From contig NC_068995.1 in the NCBI RefSeq assembly GCF_001194135.2, forward strand, positions 45,526,769 to 45,590,768: a stretch of DNA of 64,000 bases, written 5' to 3'. Positions 23,423 to 36,273 of the stretch are shown in pieces. The notes below the pieces were generated by a model that was given only the letters and a program-made list of their open reading frames with translations, was not told the origin of the DNA and ran no database searches. How positions within the stretch are numbered: the stretch's first letter is position 1; the number at the start of each line of letters is the position of its first letter. Made by a program: the position numbers and the translations under genes. Source of the stretch: Octopus bimaculoides. Its lineage: Eukaryota.

Positions 23423-26400
23423 CTAATATTTTTAGAACATGTCAAGATATAAATTTAAAAAACCACAACTAGAAGCCAGGGCAAGTAATGATAGTCCGCA
23501 TGGCCAAAACTTAACAAAATTCAAGTTTGTGAGTTAGAATTATTTCCTGTCGAATGAATAGATTGGTGTGTGTGAGCAGTTTAATTAGTGGCTCTACATC
23601 ATTATTAGTCATTACTAACATTGCTTTTACGTCTACTTTCTATGTCTGCATGGGTTGGCTGAGTTGTTGTATACGGAGTCGGTTACTCATCTCCTCAGTG
23701 GGTTGAAGGACCACATCTCACTCATACTTACCATTTATGATGTTTCTACACCTTGATGCCCTTCCTAACACAAACCATTTTGCAGAATGTATTCAATATG
23801 CATTATCATTGCTCCAACTCCAGAGAGTCTCTCATATCCTCAGCCATGTTGAAGAGTCATCTTAACCCTACATTGTCTTCCACTTCACAGACACTCTGCA
23901 GCCTTTGGCCCACAGGTGTACGGCCTTCTCTCATCATCATTTTTACATCCAGTCCCACCAGGTCCCCAACAAATCCCTGTTATCAGGCTTTCTTTCCCAG
24001 AACATCAACCCAATAGAATTTTCTCCTTGCTCATATTTTCCCTCCAGGTGTTGACATTACAAGATACATGGGCAGTGCCCCTCCCCTTAAAAGCTTAAAA
24101 GTAAAAGCTTAGTGAGGGCATTCAAAATGCAGCAGTGAGGAACATAGACACACACACACACACACATACACACCTATGCACTTACAACCGTACACATTTT
24201 TGGCACCGCTTGTAATATTTTTAATTTACCTTGACTCAGACACTTAGTCTGTCATACAAATTATTCCAAAGCCATAAATTAGTTTGAAACCACAGGTGTG
24301 ACATGTTTGAAATTAGAAATAGAAATTTAAAACAAAAGTTTGTAATGGCTAGACAGATCTGTAAAAGTGTCTTCTTGTGTTTCGACTTTGTCTGTCTTTG
24401 ATAAATTGATTTTGTTTTCTCCATTGTTAAACAAACGCCCACCCACCCTCCTTGTCACCACCAGCACCACTGCCACCTCCTCCAGTTTACCAATGCTGTA
24501 CACCGAAACCCCCTCCCACCTCTTCCCCAACTACATTACAGCTAATTTTGGCCGTGCGTTGATTCCTCCACATTTCCTTCCATTTATCAACATCTTAATT
24601 ATGTGAAGGATGGGTAGGTGTGTGTGTGTGAGAGAGAAAGATAGAGCATGTGTATGTTTATAGTTTTTGGTCTGTGTGTAGTCATGAAGGTGTGTGTTTG
24701 GAGTATTGATGTTGGTCTGATTTCAGGTGTGTGAGTTAGTGAGAGAGAGAGACTGAGACTACATGGTTGTGAATCTGCTAGTGTGATTATAGTTTTTTTT
24801 TGTGTATGTGTCCATGCATGGTTATAAGTGTATGGTTGTGTGCACAGTTGTCTGTTCATGTCTGTACCCACCCTCTGCCCCAGTTTAAAAGCCCCCCTCA
24901 CTAAACTATGTACATTGTCCCTTTCCTCTTCTGGAACAAAATCACCCACGTACCCACTGCTCCCCTCCATTCTCATTTATCCTGTATTAAATTGAGTATG
25001 TTCACCTATGTCCATTCCTCTACAATTCAGCCATTATTTTATAACCCCCCTCCTCCCCCCGTCTTCCCTCCCTCCCTTTCTGAAGTACAGCCATCATTTT
25101 CTACTACTTCCTGCCTCTCCTCGGTGCAGCCGCCGTCACATTTTACCCCCTCCCTCCATCTCTTCAATGTANNNNNNNNNNNNNNNNNNNNNNNNNNNNN
25201 NNNNNNNNNNNNNNNNNNNNNNNNNNNNNNNNNNNNNNNNNNNNNNNNNNNNNNNNNNNNNNNNNNNNNNNNNNNNNNNNNNNNNNNNNNNNNNNNNNNN
25301 NNNNNNNNNNNNNNNNNNNNNNNNNNNNNNNNNNNNNNNNNNNNNNNNNNNNNNNNNNNNNNNNNNNNNNNNNNNNNNNNNNNNNNNNNNNNNNNNNNNN
25401 NNNNNNNNNNNNNNNNNNNNNNNNNNNNNNNNNNNNNNNNNNNNNNNNNNNNNNNNNNNNNNNNNNNNNNNNNNNNNNNNNNNNNNNNNNNNNNNNNNNN
25501 NNNNNNNNNNNNNNNNNNNNNNNNNNNNNNNNNNNNNNNNNNNNNNNNNNNNNNNNNNNNNNNNNNNNNNNNNNNNNNNNNNNNNNNNNNNNNNNNNNNN
25601 NNNNNNNNNNNNNNNNNNNNNNNNNNNNNNNNNNNNNNNNNNNNNNNNNNNNNNNNNNNNNNNNNNNNNNNNNNNNNNNNNNNNNNNNNNNNNNNNNNNN
25701 NNNNNNNNNNNNNNNNNNNNNNNNNNNNNNNNNNNNNNNNNNNNNNNNNNNNNNNNNNNNNNNNNNNNNNNNNNNNNNNNNNNNNNNNNNNNNNNNNNNN
25801 NNNNNNNNNNNNNNNNNNNNNNNNNNNNNNNNNNNNNNNNNNNNNNNNNNNNNNNNNNNNNNNNNNNNNNNNNNNNNNNNNNNNNNNNNNNNNNNNNNNN
25901 NNNNNNNNNNNNNNNNNNNNNNNNNNNNNNNNNNNNNNNNNNNNNNNNNNNNNNNNNNNNNNNNNNNNNNNNNNNNNNNNNNNNNNNNNNNNNNNNNNNN
26001 NNNNNNNNNNNNNNNNNNNNNNNNNNNNNNNNNNNNNNNNNNNNNNNNNNNNNNNNNNNNNNNNNNNNNNNNNNNNNNNATAATGGTTAGAATGTCTTTG
26101 ATCAGGTTTGACCCTGGGCTAAACAACAGCAACAGCAAAGAAGAGAAGAACACAAAAAAAAAGTATGTGATAGTCACTGCTAGAATGTTTTTACTCTTAG
26201 ATCTGCTAAACTTGTGCTGACATGGGGCTTACCAACAGCGATGTTGGGGAGAACATCCAGCCAGAGAATCAATGCCAAAAATGGAATGTTTTGAGTGAGA
26301 CTTGATCCTACAGTCCATCTCCATCTAGAAAGGCAGTATTTCTTAATAAGAACTGACTTGTACCATGATGACTCAGCCAAGCCATGCCAGCAAGGAAAGC

Positions 26401-26871
26401 AGACTTATAACAAAATGGTGACGAAGAGGAATTCCAAAAGAGAGTAGCTGGTGGAAATTGAACTCACATCTTGTGTTGGTGCTGTAATGCTTTATCTACG
26501 GTGTTACAATTACTCAGTAGAATTCTTTAAGTGCTATTACATGTCCTACTTTCCATTACTCCTTAGATTTTTTAAATCTTTAATAAGCTGTATTTGTTTA
26601 CAATCGGTCAAGTGACACTGTGTGCTTAATATCTTTACTGTTCTTGAAGTCTTCAAAGACTTTCTTGTACGTTCTTCCTGGTTATTTGTATAATCCACTT
26701 TCTGCTTGGAAGGTATTTTTCTATGCAATGACATCATGCATACACACATACATGTGTGTGTATGTGTACATGCAGTTTTATGTCTTTGTGTGTTTGCATA
26801 TGTGTGTCTGTTTTTATATATATATATATATATATAGTGTATGTATTCATGTATGTATATGTATGTAAATA

Positions 26872-26926
<55 letters not shown>

Positions 26927-27239
26927 GACATATGCAGAGAGGGAGAGTTAGTTAATCCAATTGCTCTGTATTGTAGTGTATTATAAAGCTAATCTTAATG
27001 TCAAAATCTGTCTTGTGAAGTGATGAGCCAAAAAGGGAGCCTCTGTCTTGTTACTTGACCTGCTAAAAATAGCAACAAAATCTTCCTTCTATCATATCTT
27101 GCTTTTTGAAAAATAAAAAAAAAAATAAAAGATGAACATGTTGGTTTTAAATTAAGTTCTCTATATTTCTGTATATGTTTTATAACACTGCCATGCAAAA
27201 TCCATCTAACCCAAGCCAGCAAAGAAAACCCAGACTTAA

Positions 27240-27990
27240 CCCTTTAACATTCAGGTTACTCTGCCAAACGTATGGTTTATTTATCCACTTTATCCACGCT
27301 ACTTTGAATTATGTATTATCTTATAGCTTCAAGATTTTGATGATTTGATTGTTTATTTTTACAATGACATTGTAGGGTAGGTGAGAAACCTTGAATCTGG
27401 CCAGTTTGACTATAAAACAGGTAGAATACCTTGACTGGATATGGCAGATTTAAATTCTAAATAAGGGGTGGGGAAACCCCCACCTGCAGGCACAATTGCA
27501 CCCACGAGCCCATTTTATTGCACCCGCCGGCTGGTATACTCATATGTACAAAATATAGTAATTTTTTCAGTTATAAAATTTATACAATACTTAAATACCT
27601 ATTTGCGACATAGGTCGTGTTTCCACTCTGACTTGAAACAATTATACTCGAATGGAAAATCGTCAGGCAATTGCCATTTGAATGGAAATTTTGTTTTCAC
27701 TATGAAACGCATATTGCTAGGTTTGTACCACCCCCTTGATACCCAACTACACTCTAGCTGAAAAATATAGAATACCTCGTAAAGAATATAAATGTCTTAA
27801 ATTCAGTGGCAGTGTTAATGAAGATGTTACGTGTTGATTTAATGTGTTAAACTTATCTTTATTAATGTATATCGAATTATACAAGATTTACACAGATATA
27901 AGGGTTAGAACTTGAGACCCCCGCAGACCTTTGTCTTAAGAAATTTTTGCCTACCACACCAAAAGGGTTCACCACTCCCGTGCTAAAGGG
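27240..27990 (+). mobile_element. piggyBac-type MITE family 1, interrupted by a hAT-type element
   Basis: TTAA|CCCTTTAACATTCAG ... TGCTAAAGGG|TTAA, with a 518-bp insert at 27463-27980. Confidence 0.75.
27463..27980. mobile_element. hAT-type non-autonomous element
   Basis: Degenerate TIRs AAGGGGTGGGGAAAC / GGTTCACCACTCCCG. 8-bp TSD TTCTAAAT / TGCTAAAG (6/8), derived from the host MITE terminus. Confidence 0.6.
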
Positions 27991-29548
27991 TTAAAATGAC
28001 AACAACAATGGTCTTACCAAACTGCATTTAGTTGTAACCCAGTTCGTGTTATTATTTAGCCCAAGTCATCACTGATCAGTCATGTTGCAGCCACAATCAT
28101 CCCATCTTTTATTGAGACATAGCGTATCTAGGACTACATATTCCAATGTTTGCTTCATTTTTTTTTATACAGCTGTGTATAATTTTGAGGAAGCTCTTGG
28201 CTGCTATTTCTGGCCTGTTGAGTGGCCACATAGACACCTCCTTCATTAGCTACTCTCACTGCTTATTGTCAGATGTGGTAAAATTGTGTGTAATATAGCT
28301 AGCGGGGGTGCAGCTGTTTAGAGTGTTGCTTATTCTCTGAATGTAACAACAAACCAGCCAGTATCTAATTATTGAAAGTGCAGCATATATCGTTTATTGA
28401 ATTAATTAAATCCAAAATTAGCTTGTTTTTCTTTTAATTGTTCCTTCTTCCTTATCTTTGTTCTCTAAATTCTCTATTAAAGTTGCATTGCACAATAATT
28501 GCAATCAGGTGACAGAAGAGGAAGGTATTCTGATGAGTTTTAAACAAAATTTACACCTGATTTGGCAATTGTTTTGTTTTCAAATGTTTCAGTCAGAGAG
28601 TAAGGCAGTGTCCTTTACATTTTTACGGGGCCTGCAAGATTGGTAGGAGGAAGAGACAGAAGAAAGGGTTGGCCTTTAAACTAGAGACCTGGTCTGAATG
28701 CTTGCTACAGCAGAGTCTCTGTTAAAGGCATTCAGGGAACTCCAAAATAGACCACGGGGGAATTTTAACATATAGCATAAAGGGCTGGAACAAGTACTGC
28801 AAGTATTTCATTTGACACTTTTATAGTTTCACCAATCTACCATCTTGGATTAATAATATTGCAGAATTGGTAATGCTCCCCTCCCAGCTGAAGGGGTTTT
28901 TGCTTTACAAAAGCCACCATGTCAGTGATTAAAGGAACTCGTGCTGGTGCCACGTGAAAGGCACTCGTACTGGTGTCACATCAAGGGCACCCAACTCACT
29001 CTGTAAAATGGTCAGGATTAGGAAGGGCATTTGGCCATGGAAACCAAACCAAATCAGATCGGAACCTGATCCAGCTAACCAGCTTGTCACCTCTGGTCAA
29101 ACCATCCAACCCATAACAGCATGGAAAACTGATATTAAATGATAATGATGATCCTTAAAAGGATGAAAGGCAAAGTTGACCTCAACGATATTTGAATTCA
29201 CAATTCAGAGTCAGAACAAATGCTGCACGCCTACTCATGCCTCCATTTTAATTGAAGAAGACAGCCATTTTTACAATATACAAAGAAAGCATAAAGGTGT
29301 TATTATTTAAAAATTCTGTAAAAATAGATTCTGATCTCATTAATCAAAGATAATGGATTATCCCAGTTGTGTTTATATAGGTTAAAATATGCAATAATGC
29401 TTCAATGGAAGATTNNNNNNNNNNNNNNNNNNNNNNNNNNNNNNNNNNNNNNNNNNNNNNNNNNNNNNATAAACCTTCATACCATTTTGTTTGCGGACAA
29501 AGCACCAACCTGTTTCTGCTATACCTCCATCATCCAACCCATCCCCAG

Positions 29549-29584
<36 letters not shown>

Positions 29585-29800
29585 TCATTAAATCATGGAC
29601 CACTATGTTTAAAGCGAAAATATTTGATTCCGGCTTCAGGAGTTGGTTTATTGCTAGGTGGGAGGGAGGGGGGTTGCTTAATATCATAGAATGTTTCTGG
29701 GGTGGTCTACTGGGTTTACTACATCACCACCCTCATACCTCTGCACCCCACAGACCATCCAGCTTGTATCTAAGTCAGTCTCCTATCTCATTGCACCCAG

Positions 29801-29831
<31 letters not shown>

Positions 29832-30323
29832 CTTATATGCATTTGTGTTTGTGTGAGAAGCAGAAATTTAGAGTGAAAGAAGTCTCAGGCAAAAACAAAC
29901 ATACACACATCCTGTATTTATCTGTCCCCCTCTCCTCTCCTACATCCCTCCACCTGCCATACACTGAACTATTTACACAAGATCTGTTTCTCTAGCAGAC
30001 ATTCCTTAAAATCTAACCTCCACCCACACACACACACACTGTCACATTTTCAAACTGTTGCAATATAAGTTCAGTCTTCCGCTGAGTTATCTATAGAATT
30101 CTTCAGATAATCTTTAGTGACCTCTACCATTCCTCCAGCGCCTGTTTTAAGACCAGTGATGGGTGTGTATATATATATATGTATGTATGTATGTGCATAT
30201 TTTTAAAATAAAATTCTTGGGGTATGTTTTGAAAGTACTTTTTTATACCAGTGAAATAAATTAAGAAATCAGTACAGTGCAGATTTATCTTACAGTTTAT
30301 TTCAATCAGTTTCCATAAAAAGT

Positions 30324-31463
30324 TGTTGAGCAAGAGATTTAATGAACTCCTCACCTTTATCATTTAACATCTGTCTTCCATGCTGGAATGGGTCGGACAG
30401 TTTTAACAGGATCCAACCAACCAGATGGCTGCATCAATCACAATGTCTGCTTCGGTACAGTTTCTACAGCTTGATGCTCCTTCTTAATGCCAGAATGCCC
30501 TGCTATCCTTAGCTACAGCTGCTTTGCGTAAAATGCTGGTGCTACTTAAAATGCATCCAGTACACTCTGTGAAATAGTTAGTTTTTACAATATCATCTGG
30601 CCATAGAAACCTTGCCTTTGTTATTAAAATACCTCAATTCTATTGGATCCTGTAAATATTTATATATACACACACACACACATACACATACAGGCATGTG
30701 ACTTAGTGGTAAGTGTATTCGGCTCACTACCATTAGGTTGTCAGTTAGATACCTGGCAATGTGTCATGTCCTTGAGCAAGATGCTTCATTTTATATTGCT
30801 CGAGTCCACTCAGCTGGCAAAAATGAGTTATACCTGTAATTCACAGGGCCAGCTTTGCCACATTCTGTGTAACACTCAGTCTCTTGTTGAGAGCTATGTT
30901 AAGGGTACGCATGTCTGTAGAGTGCTCAGTCACATGTACGTTAATTTCACGAGCAGGCTGTTCCGTTGATTGAATCAACTGGAACACATCATCATATGTG
31001 GCAGTGTGCCAATTTATAGATTTGGTTTACATACACACACACACAATGGGCTTCTTTCAGTTTCCATACACCAAATCCACTCAAAAGGCTTTGGTTTGTC
31101 TTGGACTATAGCAGAAGATATTTTTCCCAAAGTGCTATACGGTGAGACTGAGCCCAAGATCATATGATTATGTAGCAAGCTTAAACATATCTGTGCATTA
31201 TAGACACAAAATATTCAGAATATATTTCTGGGTGAACTGGTTATACAAGTTCAATAAAATTAGAAAGCCATTCACTAAGGATAGCAGGGCATTCTGGCAT
31301 TAAGAAGGAGCATCAAGCTGCAGAAACTGTACCGAAGCAGACATTGTGATTGATGCAGCCATCTGGTTGGTTGGATCCTGTCAAAACTGTCCGACCCATG
31401 CCAGCATGGAAGACAGATGTTAAATGATAAAGGTGAGGAGTTCATTAAATCTCTTGCTCAACA
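30324..31463. repeat. 189-bp inverted duplication (arms 30324-30512 and 31275-31463, 3 mismatches)
   Basis: Base-by-base reverse-complement comparison. Confidence 0.95.
30685..30995 (+). mobile_element. SINE family D, lying between the 189-bp inverted arms
   Basis: CTTGAGCAAGATGCTTCATTTTATATTGCTCGAGTCCACTCAGCTGGCAAAAATGAG. Confidence 0.75.
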
Positions 31464-33672
31464 CCTGAAAAGGGAATTGTATGTAACTAGTTTCATATTC
31501 ATAAGGAAGCCTATTAGAGATCTCTGTTCTCAATAAAATTCCCCTAATGAAGATGGTACAATGATAGATGTTGACTTTAATGAGAGGGTGAAGTGTAGGA
31601 GAATATCTGATGCCCTGTAATAACGTTTCAAACTATGAACAGGGCATTTTATCTCAAATTATTGGTTATGTAAACAATTTGTCATGGACAATAAATGAAA
31701 TAAATTGTAACACAGATTTATAGTAATGGCCTTCTTCATTGATTTAGTGTGTGTATGCATGTGTGCGTTATATACGTATATATGTGTATATATATGTGTG
31801 TGTATGTATGTGTATATGTGTATGTATATGTGTATGTATATGTGTGTGTATATATGTATATATATATATGTAAAAATATGTGTGTATATATGTGTAAAAA
31901 TGTGTATATATATGTACATATGTGTGTGTATATATGTAGATATATGTGTGTATATATGTTTGTGTGTGTGTGTGTGTGTGTATATATGTGTATGTATATA
32001 TGTATGTGTATTTGTATGTGTACATATGTGTGTGCATATATCTCTCCAGTGTGTGTGTGTGGAGAGATGAGACAGGGCTAATAACAAAATCGAAATGCAA
32101 CTGGACAAATGACTACACGGTAGCTTCCTCACTCTCCATCTTGTAGGGCTGACAAATTAGAGAGTGAGGTCACTACTCTTAAAATCTGTGGTTCCATCCT
32201 TGATTACATAACTACTTCAAAGGGGTTGTCTAAACTACAGCAATGTGCCTCTAGGTACACCAGTGAAGTAGCATTTATGTCATCAAACAGTTTACTAGAA
32301 ATAGCAGCCAAATCTCCCTTCTCATACTCAACCATCTAAATCTGGGAAGGATACATTGGATAATATGATACTTAATGCACACAGTCTGGAGGTAATATAT
32401 TGGTCTGGGCTGGCTCACTGGTCTTAGATTTATAAGTCTGCTATTCCTGGACTGACCTGGGGTTATACAACAACAGCAACTACTTTAATCTTGTGTGGTT
32501 TGTCTAAAAGGTTTGGTACAGTGTTGTTAGTCCAGTGATAAGTGTAAGCACAAACACACCATTATTTACCAATCAGACATGCAGGAATTGTTGCTTCCAG
32601 CCAACCACTTGATGCCAAACTGTCTACGGCCTGTACTCTTACTCTCTTTGGCATCAAACCAAAAGATTGTGTTTATCTTGTTTGTTCTCTCTCTTTCTCA
32701 CCCAAATATGCACTTTCTTCAAAAACCCATCCCACCCCACTCTTCCTCATTCTCTCTCTTCCCCCTCTCTCTCTCCCTCCCTCCCTCTCTCTCTCTCCCT
32801 CCCTCTTTCAAGCATCTTTCATTTGCACACACTCTTGCTCAGTTATGTGCATTCTTTGTGTATATGCACATGCTTATATGTAAATGTGTTTATATATGTG
32901 TCTATGTATGTATGTATGTATCTGTATATGAGAGAGAGGGAGAGACGGGAGGACATAAAATATGCACTCATGTACACATGCATATGTGCAGATATGCTTC
33001 CACACACACACACACAGAAGAACAAAGGTGTTTACATTCAGATATATGAAAATATACACAACACATATATACTTATGCCAACACCCACACATAAACAGAT
33101 AGTAAATGTACTGGAATTTGTCTCCACCTGCCTGCTAATTGAAGCCAGGTAAAGCATGCAGGAAGTTGAGAGATGCTCATTGTGAAAGACTGTGCCATGG
33201 AAATTAAGCTCATGTTAAACATCTGACTGTAATCCTCTCTTTGTCTATTTTCTGCTAATTAGTTATCTGTTGCTGTCATACTTAGAGATTCTCTAATAAA
33301 TGAATAGTTGTTTGTTTGTGTGTGTGTATGATGCACAAGCTAGGTTGGGAGTGGGGGTTTGAACAAGTGATATACCATAAATATATATATATATATATAT
33401 TCACACACACACATATAGGAAAGGTAGCTAAATGTTGCTTAAGTGTCCCAGGAAACGATCACACTATTTAGTAACAATGGTCACACTTGTGTGGGATTTG
33501 ATTCCAGGGAGAAGCAAGACATATTTAGGAGAAATTTAAAATGGAGACAAACTCTCAAGATGTTATTAAATCAATTATTTCTTCATATCATCGACATATG
33601 TTTCGATGGACACATTCAAAATACATCCGACAGGATGAATAATGATCAGCAATGCATCAATCTCATCAGGGA

Positions 33673-33713
<41 letters not shown>

Positions 33714-34514
33714 CACATGCACAATGGGCTTCTGTCAATACCTCTCTATCAAATCCATAGAAGAAACAGCCAAGATGCCACACATTGGGATTAAACCCGG
33801 AACCATGTGGTTGAGAAGCAAACTTCTTACCGCAGAGCCACTTAGAATACGTGTGTATAAATAAAACATTTACAAACAGAAAAGCCTTTATTGAGGTATC
33901 ACTCAATGAATTTAAATAAAGCATTAGTTTAGTCTCATAAGGTAAAGGTCAGTTACCTCAAAGTATCACTAGTATTGGCTGATATTGTCGGTTTGCCAAA
34001 AGTCACTTTCATGCCTTCCCTTACACACACATGTAAAATGAGACAAAACAACAGCCAAGTACATTGGTAAATGTCATGTAAGAGGATTTTCTATTCAATG
34101 TTATTCTGAATCTTTCTGAGTTTGGAAAACGAAAAATGAATATACCAACAAAGATCTAAATGGATGAAACAAAGGAAGTATTAAGAAGGACATCCGACCA
34201 TAGAAATCAATGCCAAAGCAGACGGTGGAGTTTGGTCCAGTTCTGCTAAAGCAGTTATTGAAACGGACATTAAATAGTTATGATGATGATATATATATTT
34301 ACACATGAATATGGAAATAAGAGAATGTATTCAAGAGTGAAGAGATATTATTTCACTAAACATCTGTTATATATTACATTACTGGTGCTTAAATTGTTGT
34401 TAAATTCTAGTTTGACTCTAATTCAGTTGCTCTATGTTCAAAGTGATTCAAGCATCATCATCTCAACTCTGTATTTTCAGAACTACATTGTCCAGTCTAT
34501 CTCTCCTTGTTTAA

Positions 34515-34717
34515 CCTTTTAGCATTTATACTGGCCATATCCAGCCCTGATACCATATGTTTTATGTTCAAACTGACCAGATCTGGCCTTTCACACCTAC
34601 CCTACAATGTCATTCTAAAATTAAAATAATCATGTCATTGAAATTTTGATGTTATAAGATAATGCAAGATTAATTCAAAACAATGTGAATGAATAAGCAT
34701 TACTGAATGTTAAAGGG
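34515..34717 (-). mobile_element. piggyBac-type MITE family 1
   Basis: TTAA|CCTTTTAGCATT ... AATGTTAAAGGG|TCAA; interior matches the 14439 copy. Confidence 0.75.
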
Positions 34718-34949
34718 TCAAGATGGCATCATCATGGGATTCAACAGGTCTAGTGATCATCTGTTGGCTCCCTCTTTTGGCCCAACTGATGTTGTTAATT
34801 TGGGGTCCATAGGTAGGGACACACTGGCAAAATGAATCAGTAATGTAATTTTGATTTCCCAGCTCAAGTTACTTCACTGTACTAATGTGCTATCTGAATC
34901 CAGAAAAACCTTGGACTAGTGACTAAAAACTATTGACCTTGCCAATTGT

Positions 34950-35290
34950 CTGGTTTAAGGCTCAGTTTCACTGCCTGGTATCTTGGGCAGGTGTCTTCTA
35001 CTATAGCCACAGGGCAACCAATGCTTGTGATTGGATTTGGTAGATGGAAACTGAAAGATGCCCATCAATATATATATATCCTACCTGTGTATGTTTGCGT
35101 TTGTTCTCCACCCCCACTTGACAACTGGTATTGGTTTGTTTACATCCCTGTAACTTAGAGGTTCAGCAGCAGAGATTGATTGAATAAATACCAGACTTAC
35201 CAAAAAATAAGTATTTGGGTCAATTTGCTTGACTAAATCTTTCTGCATTCCATTGACTGAAATATGTAAAAGATAAGATAACAAAGCTTT
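34950..35290 (+). mobile_element. SINE family A, diverged
   Basis: TCTTGGGCAGGTGTCTTCTACTATAGCC..GATTTGGTAGATGGAAACTGAAAG. Confidence 0.8.
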
Positions 35291-35429
35291 TGATACAGAA
35301 ACATGGGTTCAAAACAGCAGCAACAACTTCAGGTAGGGCTAAATTTGCTGGTGGTGTTTAACCATATATCAACTCCAACTGAGTAGATCTGTGATTAAAA
35401 GTGTATCATAGTCCTCATCATCACCACTT

Positions 35430-35594
35430 AAGTTTGTGTTAAGCAGGAAGTGTGTGTAAGGGGAGACAAATGTTTTTAGTTGGAGTTATGAACTCTTTTT
35501 CAACAGGAAGTTTATGTCTGTTCTCTAGGAACATTTGTCTCCCCTTACACACACTTCCTGTTTTGACACCACACTTCCTGCTTAACACAAACTT
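35430..35594. repeat. Compound hairpin: perfect 31-bp and 25-bp inverted repeats sharing one left arm
   Basis: 35444-35474 pairs with 35530-35560; 35430-35454 pairs with 35570-35594. Confidence 0.9.
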
Positions 35595-36208
35595 TTAGCT
35601 CCTTTTTTTAAACCTAACACAATTCTCAATTCTCATGCATCCTTATTTTTCCAACCATTATATACATGGATTACCATTGAACTTTAAAAGCTCAAAGACA
35701 ATATAATGTATTGGTATATTTATTTTTTTATATATTATTTTTTTTATATATTATTTTCTTCATTTTGTACTTCTTTGTAAAAAACATTTTCATTCTCCCT
35801 CTTCTTGAAAATTTGCTTAGCAATGAAAGCCGGTTAGAAATCTTTATTAAAATATGTTTCCAGCTTAGCATTCTGCCTTATTATTATTTTTCATTTTCCT
35901 AGATATATATATATATATATATATACATATATTGGATTGGCAGAATCAGTAAAGTACCAGACAAAATTCCTTATTGTCTTTAGGGACATCACCATTATTG
36001 CATTTGTAAGTTCCAAACTTGCTGAGGTTGACTTTGCTCTTCGGTCTTTCGTGCAGAGTTTATTAAAAAATAGTACCAGTCAAATACTAGGGGTTGAGAC
36101 TGTTGGCTAGCTCCCTCTTCTGTCTTCATGCCTATGTTAGTCATAATTAATTGCTATAATAGAAAATCCATCTTTTCATTTGTGCAGGCAATGTTGTGAT
36201 TAGTAATC

Positions 36209-36273
<65 letters not shown>

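Noticed and set aside
24185-24360. Possible Tc1-like terminus TACAACCGTACACATTTTTGGCACC
   Set aside because: No partner TIR or transposase sequence found.
28925-28995. Short direct repeats with regular spacing (CTCGTGCTGGTGCCAC / CTCGTACTGGTGTCAC; similar at 2395-2485), superficially CRISPR-like
   Set aside because: They are internal tandem units of the RTE 3' UTR. The context is eukaryotic, with only 2-3 units and no cas genes.
31659-32146. His/Thr/Tyr/Ile- or Cys/Val-rich ORFs (also at 0.5-1.0, 43.2-44.2, 46.1-46.8 and 48.5-48.9 kb)
   Set aside because: Translations of (CA)n/(TA)n/(TG)n, which lack stop codons by construction.
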